Origin: Beijerinckiaceae bacterium
GTDB taxonomy: Bacteria; Pseudomonadota; Alphaproteobacteria; Rhizobiales; Beijerinckiaceae
NCBI GenBank assembly: GCA_965198485.1
Contig: CBDAPQ010000005.1
Span: 3,712,129 to 3,776,128, forward strand
Direction of reading: 5' to 3'
Length of the DNA stretch: 64,000 bases
In this document: positions 48,160 to 57,834 of the stretch, one piece after another
Position numbering within the stretch: position 1 is the first letter of the stretch
Layout of the letters: the number at the start of each line of letters is the position of its first letter
The notes under the pieces: generated by a model
Told to the model about the DNA's origin: nothing
Databases searched by the model: none
Seen by the model: only the letters and a program-made list of their open reading frames with translations
Translations under genes and position numbers: made by a program

Positions 48160-49500
48160 TTAATCGCGCACGGGTGATTCATGACGGGCTTTTTCCGACT
48201 TAGGCGTCCGCTTGAAGCTTTCGCGACGGCCGAACAAGGTTGAGAGGATCGAAGGGGCATTGCTGAGGCTGATGAAGATCATCGCCGGCGGCAGCATCAG
48301 CACCGTCGCAAAATAGCGCCACACCGGCCCGCGGCGCAGCGTGACGTAGGGCATGAAAGTCATGCCAAGCGCGACGACGAGGACGAGGCTCCAGACCACG
48401 ACCGAGATGCCGACGTAAGGGCCGCCGTGACCGCCACGCAGGATCACGCAGGCGAAGAGCGACACGATGGCGATGGCGGCGCAGGGATAGAACAGCTGCA
48501 CGAAGATAAGGAAGCAGGCCGAGAGCTTGAAGCCGACGCTCCAGGGTGCCCGCCAGATCGTGAAAAGCAGCTTACGCGCGACCTCGACGAAGCCGGTCGA
48601 CCAGCGGCGCTGCTGAACACGCCAGTGCGAGACGCGCTCCGGCACGAGGCCCGGGATCGCTGGCTCGGCGACAAAGAGGCCGTGCCAGCCGGCGAGCGCC
48701 ACGCGAATGGTCAGGTCGAGGTCCTCGACAAGAGAGTCGGACGACCAGCCGCCCGCCTCGTAGATCGCCTGTCGCCGCCAGATACCGCCGGTGCCGTTGA
48801 ACTGGAACATCCAGCCGCCGCGATAGCGCCCGGCCTGCTCCACCATGAAATGAGCATCGAGCATCATACCTTGGATGCGGGTCAGCAGGTTGGTCCTGTA
48901 ATTCGAGAATTCGCAGCGCGATTGCAGGAAACCGGCATCGGGATCGGCCAGCAGCACCGGCACGACGTCACGTAGCCAGTGCGACGGCGGCCGAAAATCG
49001 ACGTCGAGCATCGCGATCAGCGGTTCCCGCGTGGCCGCAAGGCCTTCCGCCAGCGCTCCGGCCTTGAAGCCGGCGCGTTCGGTGCGGTGGCGATGTTCGA
49101 CCTGCACACCCTCGCTCTCGAGCGTGGCGGCGGCGTACGCGATCATATCCACGCTCTCGTCGGTCGAATCATCGAGAATTTGGATGCGTAGCCGGTCGCG
49201 CGGCCAGTCGAGCGCCGCTGCGGCCCGCATTGCGCCGATTGCCACCTCATGCTCGTTGTAGACGGGGATCTGCACCAGGACCGGCGGCATGTCTGCCTCG
49301 CGCACGAAAGCGCGCGGCAGATGGTTGCGCCAATGCGGCGGCCCAAGCACGTCATACAGCCGGATCGCGATCAGGGCGACGAAACCACATCCGACCAGGA
49401 TGAGGCCGGCCACGGAGACGTAGAGGCAGGCCTCGCAAGCGGCGAGCAGGAGCCTGTAGAGGATCAAGGAAGAGCCTGCTTGAGAAGGAGCACGAGTCAC
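48160..49500 (-). CDS. Processive family-2 glycosyltransferase (cellulose-synthase-like topology)
   Basis: N-terminal TMs, then VLVQIPVYNE, QILDDSTD, DVDF and the Q(Q/R)xRW motif VQQRRWSTGF, followed by C-terminal TMs. Confidence 0.85.
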   Translation of the reverse strand: MTRAPSQAGSSLILYRLLLAACEACLYVSVAGLILVGCGFVALIAIRLYDVLGPPHWRNHLPRAFVREADMPPVLVQIPVYNEHEVAIGAMRAAAALDWPRDRLRIQILDDSTDESVDMIAYAAATLESEGVQVEHRHRTERAGFKAGALAEGLAATREPLIAMLDVDFRPPSHWLRDVVPVLLADPDAGFLQSRCEFSNYRTNLLTRIQGMMLDAHFMVEQAGRYRGGWMFQFNGTGGIWRRQAIYEAGGWSSDSLVEDLDLTIRVALAGWHGLFVAEPAIPGLVPERVSHWRVQQRRWSTGFVEVARKLLFTIWRAPWSVGFKLSACFLIFVQLFYPCAAIAIVSLFACVILRGGHGGPYVGISVVVWSLVLVVALGMTFMPYVTLRRGPVWRYFATVLMLPPAMIFISLSNAPSILSTLFGRRESFKRTPKSEKARHESPVRD

Positions 49501-49543
49501 CCGTCGCGCAGCCCCGTGGCCTAACGAAGGCGACCGGGAGGCG

Positions 49544-50080
49544 TCAGCCCTTGGCAGCCTTGGCGCGTTCGATCGCCTCGGAGATCAGGCTCTTTGCCTT
49601 TTCGGCGTCGCCCCAGCCGGTGATCTTCACCCACTTCGTCTTCTCGAGATCCTTGTAGTGCGCGAAGAAGTGCTCGACCTGCTCGATGGTGATGCTCGGC
49701 AGGTCGGTGTAGTTGTGGACCTTCTCGTAACGCCGCGTCAGCTTGTTGGTCGGCACGGCGATGATCTTCTCGTCGCCGCCGGCCTCGTCTTGCATCAACA
49801 GCACGCCGACGGGGCGGCACGAGATCACCGCGCCGGGCACGATCGCGCGGGTGTTGCAGACGACAACGTCGCAGGGATCGCCGTCCTCGGACAGGGTATG
49901 CGGAATGAAGCCGTAATTCCCGGGATAGCGCATCGAAGTGTAGAGGAAGCGGTCGACCACCAGGGCGCCGGACTCCTTGTCCATCTCGTACTTGATCGGC
50001 TCGCCCCCGATCGGCACCTCGATGATGACGTTGATGTCTTCGGGTGGGTTCTTGCCGATGACAAGCTTCTCGATCTGCAT
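49544..50080 (-). CDS. ppa: Inorganic pyrophosphatase
   Basis: [49 protein letters not shown]. Confidence 0.97.
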   Translation of the reverse strand: MQIEKLVIGKNPPEDINVIIEVPIGGEPIKYEMDKESGALVVDRFLYTSMRYPGNYGFIPHTLSEDGDPCDVVVCNTRAIVPGAVISCRPVGVLLMQDEAGGDEKIIAVPTNKLTRRYEKVHNYTDLPSITIEQVEHFFAHYKDLEKTKWVKITGWGDAEKAKSLISEAIERAKAAKG

Positions 50081-50231
50081 GGCTGGCTCCGCGCGGCGCA
50101 GGCGGCCCGCGCTCGATGGATGGGACGCGCGCCGCAGCGAGCGAGGCGCGCTGCCTAGCAGAGGCTCAGGGACGAGGGAAGTTGACGAACGTCGTTTTGC
50201 TTTGGCGCAGCTTTGGCAAAGCCGCGCTTCG

Positions 50232-50783
50232 CTATTTTCCGAAGACCTTGACGAGCCCGATAATCAGCCCTGCCGTCGCGAGAAAGTTGAAGCCTATAGC
50301 CGTCACGATCCAGCGGATGGTATCCGCACGTAGCAGGCTGATTTCTTTGACAAGCCGGACTTCCAACGAAGCGATTTCGGCTGAGATCTCGGCTTTGAGC
50401 GCTTTGAAGTCGGTCTTCAAGGCTGCAAGCTCAATCTTCAATGTTGCCACATCGCTCTTCAGGACAGCCACGTCGCTCTTCAAGACAGCCACGTCGCTCT
50501 TCAGGACAGCCACGTCGCTCTTCAAGACAGTCACGTCGCTCTTCAAGATCGCCACGTCGCTTTTCAAGACAGCCACGTCGCTCTTCAAGATCGCCACGTC
50601 GCTTTTCAAGACAGCCACGTCGCTTTTCAGAACCGTCATGCCGGCATTGAATGCGGCAATATCAGCCTTCGTGGCGAGCTGGTCGTCACCGGCAGAGGCT
50701 AAGACGCGGGCGAGTGTCTCAGCCTGCTGGGGCGAGAAACTTTCCTGTAGGTCTTTGGACAGTTGTAACGTGTCGAACAGCAT
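50232..50783 (-). CDS. DUF1640-like coiled-coil protein with C-terminal membrane anchor and expanded heptad repeats
   Basis: [28 protein letters not shown]...LATKADI..., then 9 x LKSDVA(V/I), then ...[26 protein letters not shown]. Confidence 0.75.
   Translation of the reverse strand: MLFDTLQLSKDLQESFSPQQAETLARVLASAGDDQLATKADIAAFNAGMTVLKSDVAVLKSDVAILKSDVAVLKSDVAILKSDVTVLKSDVAVLKSDVAVLKSDVAVLKSDVATLKIELAALKTDFKALKAEISAEIASLEVRLVKEISLLRADTIRWIVTAIGFNFLATAGLIIGLVKVFGK
50446..50634 (-). repeat. Nine tandem 21-bp repeats (coding heptads)
   Basis: Units GCCACGTCGCT(C/T)TTCA(A/G)GA(C/T)(A/C) start at 50446 and recur every 21 bp to 50634. Confidence 0.95.
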
Positions 50784-50842
50784 ATGCTCGGATCCGGGCC
50801 AAGGGATCAATAAGATCGCCGGCGTGGTACGGCAAGAAGGCC

Positions 50843-51349
50843 CTACTCGAACGCGAAAGCCACCCGCGCGCGCATCTCGGAACCGAAGCGCTCCTGCGCC
50901 TCGCGTACGAAACGGCCGCCGAGCCGCCTGTAGAAGGCGAGGGCGCGCTCGTTGTCGGCCAAGGCCCACACGATCAGCGACTTGTAGCCATGGTCCTGCA
51001 GATCGCCACGGGCGACGTCGAACAGGCGACGTCCGAAGCCGAGGCCCTGGAACTCGGGCGCGATGTAAAGCTCGAAGATCTCGGCCCCGTACGGCATCGA
51101 AGGCACGCGGTTGCGACCGTAGCTCGCATAGCCGCTGATCGTCTCGTCGAAGTCGAGCACGACGAGGCGCGATTTCCGCACGATCGCCGAATACCACCAC
51201 GCCGGCCCGCGCCGCGCGATCATCTTCTCGAGTTCGCGACCGGGGATGATGCCGCGATAGGCGTCTCGCCATGCCGCGTCATGCACTTCGGCGATGCCCC
51301 GGGCATCCTCCTCTCGCGCATTGCGGATCGTGATGAGCGTCTCGACCAT
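50843..51349 (-). CDS. GNAT family N-acetyltransferase
   Basis: IRNAREEDA..I..., LYIAPEFQGLGFGRRLF and AFYRRLGG. Confidence 0.85.
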   Translation of the reverse strand: MVETLITIRNAREEDARGIAEVHDAAWRDAYRGIIPGRELEKMIARRGPAWWYSAIVRKSRLVVLDFDETISGYASYGRNRVPSMPYGAEIFELYIAPEFQGLGFGRRLFDVARGDLQDHGYKSLIVWALADNERALAFYRRLGGRFVREAQERFGSEMRARVAFAFE

Positions 51350-51404
51350 AGCTTGATGTTAGGCTCGGATTCCATTCCGCGGCAAGAGGTTTAAACGGCG
51401 GAGA

Positions 51405-52679
51405 TCAGGTGCCGGAAGGCACGCCGGCATCGGCCGACAAAGGCCTGCTTTCGGATGGCACGGCGATCGGCCGGCTGTTGCGGCTGGAGCGCGCAAGCAG
51501 TCCGAAGGCGATGGCCTGGAGGCTCACCAGGGTGACGAACCACAGCTCGGCTGTGGCGATGCCGAAGACCGCGATCGTCAGCGTCGCGACGAGACCACCG
51601 AGAAGCGGCGGCGCAACGTGGGGAGCGGCCTCTCCCGCCGCACGCAGCCCGAACGCTAATAGCATTGCGAGCGCCAAGGCCCCTAGTAGGCCGAAATCGT
51701 ACCAAACCTCGAAGAGGATCGTACGCGGGGCATGGGGCGGCAGGTAACCCAGGCTAGCAGCAAGCCGAGCCTCGTCGAGCCCGTGGCCGGTAAGGAGCCG
51801 CGGCAGATCGGCGGCGACGACATCCCGCCAATCGCTCATCGCCGCCACGGTGCTGGCGCCGACCGGCGTTACGGCACGCGACAGCGGCGCCAGCGCGAAG
51901 GGCAGCAAGGGAGCGAAGATGAAGAGACCGGCGAAGACCACGGCGACGCTCTTGCCGAGACGTCGCGGCGCGCCGACAGCGGCCGCGAACGCAAAGGCCG
52001 CGGCGGCGAAGACGGCCATGGCCAGACGCGCGTCCGCCGCGGCCAGGCTGGCGGCGACCAGCACCGCGAGAACGGCGGCAAGGCGCCAGCGAGCGAAAGC
52101 GGCGAGCGCGCCGACTCCGGGCCAGAGCAGCACCGCGAGGGTCAGGACCGAGCGCTCGAGCAGCGAGGGGTCGAACTCGGTGCCGCCACGAAAGGAGGCC
52201 GGGCCGAGCAGCGCCAGCGCCATCGTCGCGAGCGCCGTCAGCGCAACGCCGGACGGCAGGAGATAGAGGTAGGGGCGCGCGCGGCGTTCGGGCAAGTGGG
52301 CGATGATGACCACCGCCGCAAGCACCGTCGCCGCGGTGGCGGCGAGGCGCGGCAGCGCCAGCTCCGGGAACGGCGTCCAGGCGATCGACAGCGCCATCCA
52401 GCCGCCGAGGAAGAGGCCGACGAGACCGATCGGCGTGGTGAAGGCATCCCGCAACGCCCGTAGGCCGATGCGAGAGACCGAGAGACCGTAGCCCGCCACG
52501 AGGATCGCGATACCGACGGGCAGCAGCACCAGGAGCGCCCGGCGCGACAGCACACCGACGAGCGGAGCGCCGATCATCAAGACGGCCAAGCCGAACCAGC
52601 CGAGAAGCCGCGCGGCATCCTTCGCCGGATCGTACAGGCGCGAGGCTTCTGGAGAGGCTAGCGCAGACTTGCGGATCAC
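51405..52679 (-). CDS. Polytopic membrane protein, O-antigen ligase/polymerase-like (Wzy_C-type)
   Basis: At least 10 hydrophobic segments and one larger loop. The assignment rests on topology and composition only. Confidence 0.5.
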   Translation of the reverse strand: MIRKSALASPEASRLYDPAKDAARLLGWFGLAVLMIGAPLVGVLSRRALLVLLPVGIAILVAGYGLSVSRIGLRALRDAFTTPIGLVGLFLGGWMALSIAWTPFPELALPRLAATAATVLAAVVIIAHLPERRARPYLYLLPSGVALTALATMALALLGPASFRGGTEFDPSLLERSVLTLAVLLWPGVGALAAFARWRLAAVLAVLVAASLAAADARLAMAVFAAAAFAFAAAVGAPRRLGKSVAVVFAGLFIFAPLLPFALAPLSRAVTPVGASTVAAMSDWRDVVAADLPRLLTGHGLDEARLAASLGYLPPHAPRTILFEVWYDFGLLGALALAMLLAFGLRAAGEAAPHVAPPLLGGLVATLTIAVFGIATAELWFVTLVSLQAIAFGLLARSSRNSRPIAVPSESRPLSADAGVPSGT

Positions 52680-52985
52680 GACGCTTGCCTGTCTAGCCCT
52701 TCCTGTCCGTCATGGCTACGTCGCCGAAGCCTTGGCGCCCAACGGGCCTCGATCGCTCCTCGGGCAAGCTGTCGAAACAGAAGAGCGCGAGACTTTGCGC
52801 CGATCGCGCAAGTCGAGAACAATCCTCGTGACGCCGTTGAAACCGTCTTAGCGACGCTAGACAAGTCCGCGCCTTACGGTCGTAGGGACCCGAAACACCG
52901 GTTTTTCCGCGCTTAGCCAAGACATGTACGCAGCGGTGCGCTATCGACGGACATAGAGTGCGTCGTATGCGCCGGACGATCATGG

Positions 52986-53894
52986 ATGAAGGAGGCGACG
53001 GTGGACTGGGACAAGCTGCGCATCTTCCACGCCGCGGCCGAAGCCGGATCGTTCACCCACGCCGGGGACGCGCTGAACCTTAGCCAATCGGCGGTCAGTC
53101 GCCAAGTCAGCGCGCTGGAGCGCGACCTGCAGACGCCGCTGTTCCATCGCCACGCCCGCGGCCTGATGCTGACGGAACAGGGCGAGGACCTGTTCCGCAC
53201 CGTGCAGGACGTCATCGCCAAGCTCGATGCCACACGCTCGCGCCTGACCGACAGCCGCGAGCGGCCGAAGGGCGACCTGCGCATCACCACCAACCTCGGC
53301 TTTGGCACGGGCTGGCTGACGCCGCGCCTCAAGGGCTTCCTCGACGCCTATCCCGACGTCAAGGTGAAGCTCCTGCTGACCGACGACGACCTCGACCTCG
53401 GCATGCGCGAGGCCGATATCGCCATCCGCCTGCGCGAGCCGGCGCAGCCCGACCTGATCCGCCGCCGGCTGTTCTCGATCTCCTATCATCTCTACGCCTC
53501 GCCGACCTACGTGAAGGAGCACGGCGAGCCCAACACGCTCGACGAGCTCGACCAGCACCGGCTGCTGAGCCTCTCCTTCGCCGGCAATAGTTTCCTGATC
53601 GACAACCTCAACGCTCATCTCCACCTCGAGCGCGGCGCCAAGAACCCGCGTCCGGCCGCCTTCGCCGTCAACAACATTCCGGCGCTCTATCGTGCCGTGG
53701 TCGACGGGTTGGGCATTGCCACGCTGCCGGACTACCTCGTCGATCCCGACAGCCAGCTCAAGGTGCTGATGCCGCAGACGGTCACGCCAGAGCTCGAGGT
53801 GTTCTTCGTCTATGCCGAGGAGATGAAGAACGTTGCCCGCGTGCAGGTCTTCCGCGACTACCTGGTCGAGACCGCGAAGCGCTGGCGCGCTTGA
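52986..53894 (+). CDS. LysR family transcriptional regulator
   Basis: LRIFHAAAEAGSFTHAGDALNLSQSAVSRQVSALERDLQTPLFHRHARGL.LTE.G. Confidence 0.9.
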   Translation: MKEATVDWDKLRIFHAAAEAGSFTHAGDALNLSQSAVSRQVSALERDLQTPLFHRHARGLMLTEQGEDLFRTVQDVIAKLDATRSRLTDSRERPKGDLRITTNLGFGTGWLTPRLKGFLDAYPDVKVKLLLTDDDLDLGMREADIAIRLREPAQPDLIRRRLFSISYHLYASPTYVKEHGEPNTLDELDQHRLLSLSFAGNSFLIDNLNAHLHLERGAKNPRPAAFAVNNIPALYRAVVDGLGIATLPDYLVDPDSQLKVLMPQTVTPELEVFFVYAEEMKNVARVQVFRDYLVETAKRWRA

Positions 53895-54298
53895 GGGCGC
53901 GCCCGCAGAGGGCGCTCCTGATCAGGCGACGCGCACGTGGCTGGCACGCTCTTTGATCATCGCGATGACGCGCAGGCTCGCCGCCGCCTTAGCCACCGCA
54001 ATTGCGGCCGCTGCTGCGGCAAAGCCGGTACTGTCGTCCGGTTGAACTGGGAGCAGGTTGGCGCAGCAGCTGTAGAGGTCGTTGAAGCCAAGCATGCCGG
54101 CGACCGAGGTGACGACGCGATGCACTGCGATGGCGTCCACGTGCGGGATGCGGAATGCTTGCTCCAGCACATCTCCCACTGCTCAGTTCCCCTTAGCGTT
54201 CCGATCATTGCACGAAAGCTTACCATGGTTAACACAACGTTAAGAAACAACAGCGTTTCCCTTAACGACCGCCGGCGGCCTTGTGGCGAATTGAGAGC

Positions 54299-55114
54299 AT
54301 GATCGACGTGATCTTTGCTTCGGCGCCTGTCGAGCCGGCGCCGATCGAACAATGCTACTTCTATCATTCCACCGACATTCCTGGGCACGGTCGTGTCGAC
54401 GGAGAATGGGATCTCGCCTCCGGGATCGAGGCCTATCTCGGCCATGTCGACTTCGCCGGGCGCACCGTGCTCGACGTCGGCGCCGCGACCGGTTTTCTGA
54501 CCTTCCACATGGAGCGCGCCGGGGCTCGCGTGATTTCCTACGACTTGTCGCCAGAGCAGGGCTGGGACATCGTGCCGCTGTCAAGCCTCGACGCCGCCGA
54601 GCACGCCCGTGTCCGCAAGCACCACATCGGCGCGATCAACGCCGGCTATTGGCGGTGCCACCAGGCTTTCGCATCATCGGCGCGAATGGCGCATGGCACC
54701 GTCTATGCGATGGACGAGGCGCTCGGCCCGGTGGACGTCAGCGTCTTCGGCAGCATCCTGCTGCACCTGCGCGACCCTTTCCTGGCCTTGCATAACGCCC
54801 TGCGGCTCACGACGCAGACCGTTGTTGTCGCCGACATCCTGCCCGGCGCGCACCCCCTGTCGCGATGGACCAGCCTGCTGCTTGGCCGCGCCCAGCAATT
54901 CAAGCCGCGCTTCGCCCGGGGGCTGCCCTGGGAAACCTGGTGGAACCTGCCGCCGCGGCTGGTGGTGGAATACCTCGGCGTGCTCGGTTTCGAGAAGACG
55001 GTGGTGACCTACCACTCGCAGCTTCTGAAAGGTCGCCGCATGCCGATGTACACGGTGGTCGGCACGCGCACGCGGCCGACGGTGCCGTTGGAGCGCGACC
55101 GCGGCGGCGCCTGA
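54299..55114 (+). CDS. Class I SAM-dependent methyltransferase
   Basis: GRTVLDVGAATGFLTFHMERAGARVISYDL (motif I and post-I). Confidence 0.7.
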   Translation: MIDVIFASAPVEPAPIEQCYFYHSTDIPGHGRVDGEWDLASGIEAYLGHVDFAGRTVLDVGAATGFLTFHMERAGARVISYDLSPEQGWDIVPLSSLDAAEHARVRKHHIGAINAGYWRCHQAFASSARMAHGTVYAMDEALGPVDVSVFGSILLHLRDPFLALHNALRLTTQTVVVADILPGAHPLSRWTSLLLGRAQQFKPRFARGLPWETWWNLPPRLVVEYLGVLGFEKTVVTYHSQLLKGRRMPMYTVVGTRTRPTVPLERDRGGA

Positions 55115-55225
55115 TGTTCGCGCTCTGAAGCATGGGACGATTTCAAGGGTCGCTTTGCGATGCTCGTGTGCTCGTCCGCGCTACGTTTTCTTTGTTGGAG
55201 CCAGTCCACGACAGTGGACGTTGCC

Positions 55226-56107
55226 CTAGCGTCGCGGCTCGATCACGGTGCGGCCCTCGAAGACCTCGAGCGCCGGCTTGGCGGCGAGGATCTGGTCCAT
55301 CGTGCGCGCCGGCTCGGCGCAGCCGGCCTCGCCGACGATGCGGGCCGGCACGCCCGCTACGGTCTTGTGGTGCGGCACGGGGTGCAGCACCACCGATCCG
55401 GCGGCGATGCGGGCGCAATGACCGATCTCGATATTGCCGAGGATCTTGGCGCCGGCGCCGATCAGCACGCCGTGGCGCACTTTGGGATGGCGGTCGCCGA
55501 TATCCTTGCCGGTGCCACCGAGCGTCACGTCCTGCAGCATCGAGACATTGTCCTCGACCAACGCCGTCGAGCCGACGACGAGACCGGTGGCATGATCGAG
55601 GAAGACGCCCTTTCCGATACGCGCCGCGGGATGAATATCGGTTTGGAACACCGCAGACGAGCGGCTCTGCAGGTAGAAGGCGAAATCGTGTCGCCCGGCC
55701 TTCCACAGCGCGTGGGCCAGGCGATGCGCCTGTATCGCGTGGAAACCCTTGAAGTAGAGGATCGGCTCGATCAGCCGCGTGCACGCCGGATCGCGGTCCA
55801 CCACGGCGAGCAGGTCTGCGTGGAAGGCCTCGGAGAAGGCCGGATCGGCCGCCACCATGTCGGCGAAGGCCTGGCGTATCAGGTCGCTCGGCACGTCCTG
55901 ATGCGACAGCCGCGCGGCGACGCGATGAATGATCACGCTCTCCAGCGAGGCGTGGTTCAGCACGGTCGAGTAGATGAAGCCGGCGACCTCCGGCTCGCGA
56001 CGGATGATCTCTCCCGCCTCCACGAGCATGCGGGCGAAGGCCGGATCGTCCTCGCCGCGGAACGGGACGATTTTGGCGCCGCCTTCGGGCTTGCCGCTCA
56101 TGCACAC
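55226..56107 (-). CDS. cysE: Serine O-acetyltransferase
   Basis: SATase N-terminal helical domain (LYFKGFHAIQAHRLAHALW) plus hexapeptide repeats (IHPAARIGKGVFLDHATGLVVG...GVLIGAGAKILGNIEIG). Confidence 0.9.
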   Translation of the reverse strand: MCMSGKPEGGAKIVPFRGEDDPAFARMLVEAGEIIRREPEVAGFIYSTVLNHASLESVIIHRVAARLSHQDVPSDLIRQAFADMVAADPAFSEAFHADLLAVVDRDPACTRLIEPILYFKGFHAIQAHRLAHALWKAGRHDFAFYLQSRSSAVFQTDIHPAARIGKGVFLDHATGLVVGSTALVEDNVSMLQDVTLGGTGKDIGDRHPKVRHGVLIGAGAKILGNIEIGHCARIAAGSVVLHPVPHHKTVAGVPARIVGEAGCAEPARTMDQILAAKPALEVFEGRTVIEPRR

Positions 56108-56177
56108 ATTCCAGTTACACTACCTTCACCGAGGAGCCCGCAGAGGCGTTCTCCGCATAGGCAAGCATATAGGCATT

Positions 56178-56954
56178 TCATTCCCGTTCATCGAGAAAGG
56201 CGAGCACGGCCTCCTTGTAGGTCTTGTCGCCGACCGCGCGATTGTGGTCGCGGCCCTCGATGTGCAGCACGCGCGCCCGGGGGATCAGCTCGGCCAGCGC
56301 CTCGGGATCGCCCGCGATGTCGTCGTGGCTTCCCACCGCGACGAGGACGGGGCAAGCGATTTGCGTGACCTCGTCGAGGGGCATCATCTGTCGCGCGCCG
56401 CGGATACAGGCGGCCAGCGCGCGCCGGTCGCTGCGGGTGGCGTCGGCGAAGGCGCGGAACAGTCGCTGGTGTGGATCGGTGAGGCTCTCGAGAGCAGGGG
56501 CGTCCATCGCGTCGGCGATGCTGGTGGGGAGGGTGCCGCCCTCGACCAGGCTGTAGCCCAAGCCACCCAGGACGAGGGAGCGCAGCCGCTCCGGCGCGCG
56601 GCGCTGGAGGAAGGCGCCGATGCGCGCGCCCATGGAGTAGCCCATGACGTCGACGCGGCCGAGCTTGAGCCGGTCCATCACAATCAAAGCTTCTTCTGCG
56701 AGCACGTCGATGGTGTAGTCGCGCGCGTCGTAGAGCTTGGTGCTGCGTCCGTGGCCGCGCACGTCGTAGAGGATCGTGCGGCGGCCGGCGGCGGTGAGCG
56801 TCTTCACCCATAGCGGCAACACCCAGTTGACGGCATGGCTCGAGGCGAAGCCGTGGATCAACAGGATCGGCTCGTCGCAGTCGGCGACGCCGTCCGGCAC
56901 CGGTTCGGTCAGGGTGAAGAGCGTGACACCAGGCGCCGCTTCGATGGTCTGCAT
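56178..56954 (-). CDS. Alpha/beta hydrolase
   Basis: PILLIHGFASS, the nucleophile elbow VMGYSMGARIG and a C-terminal GRDH. Confidence 0.85.
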   Translation of the reverse strand: MQTIEAAPGVTLFTLTEPVPDGVADCDEPILLIHGFASSHAVNWVLPLWVKTLTAAGRRTILYDVRGHGRSTKLYDARDYTIDVLAEEALIVMDRLKLGRVDVMGYSMGARIGAFLQRRAPERLRSLVLGGLGYSLVEGGTLPTSIADAMDAPALESLTDPHQRLFRAFADATRSDRRALAACIRGARQMMPLDEVTQIACPVLVAVGSHDDIAGDPEALAELIPRARVLHIEGRDHNRAVGDKTYKEAVLAFLDERE

Positions 56955-57046
56955 GGCTGGCGGGTTAGCGCGGCGGCGGAACGGCTGCAAATCGAGGCTG
57001 GCTTTTCGCGAGAGCGCGCCATGTTCCGGCAGACAGGAGATTAACC

Positions 57047-57433
57047 ATGCGACCTTTCCTGACCGCCGCCCTCATCGTGTCCGCACTGAAGCCGACGCTC
57101 GCCCACGCCGACGCGCTCGACGACGCCAAAGGCAAGATACGTCCCGTCATCGTACTCTCGGACGCGCGCGACGACCCGCGTGTCGCCAAGCAGATCCAGG
57201 CGCTCGACGGCACCAGGCCGGAGCTGAGCAGTCGCAACATCCAGGTGCTGCAGGAGGCCGGATCGGACGGTCCGCTGCGTAAGAAGCTCGGCGTCGAGAC
57301 CAGAGGTTTCGCCGTGGTGCTCGTCGGCAAGGACGGCACGGTGAAGAAGGTCTGGCGCGCTCCCGTCGATCCCAAGCAGATCTTCACGATCATCGACGCG
57401 ATGCCAATGCGACAGAACGAGATGAACGGGTAG
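57047..57433 (+). CDS. DUF4174 domain secreted protein
   Basis: Signal MRPFLTAALIVSALKPTLAHA, then ...FAVVLVGKDGTVKKVW..PV....IF..IDAMPMRQNEM. Confidence 0.8.
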   Translation: MRPFLTAALIVSALKPTLAHADALDDAKGKIRPVIVLSDARDDPRVAKQIQALDGTRPELSSRNIQVLQEAGSDGPLRKKLGVETRGFAVVLVGKDGTVKKVWRAPVDPKQIFTIIDAMPMRQNEMNG

Positions 57434-57834
57434 CTCACGAATTGCATGCAACGCATGTCGTTTTTGATGCTGCGACGCAGCACAACAGCATCTTCTACGG
57501 GTTGAACAGACCCGCTTCCTGTTCCACTTTCGGCTGATCGCGGGAGACGCCCATGCGCACCATCGCCCTTCTCTTCCTTGCCGCCATGGTCACGATCTAC
57601 GTGGCCGTCCGCGCCGTCGCGCCCAGAGCCTTGCAGAAGGAGACGGCCGCCCAGGCGAGCACCACGGACATCAGTCACCCGCCCAGCTCGATCGGGTCGG
57701 CCACCTTCATCGTCGCGCCGCACATCGCCCACGACGCCAAGGCCGCTTCGGCGCGCTGAGGCCTTCGTGTTGCGCCGCGCCTCACGTTCTCGGCGCCATT
57801 GACGCACGCCGCCGCCGTCTCTTCTAGTCCGGCG

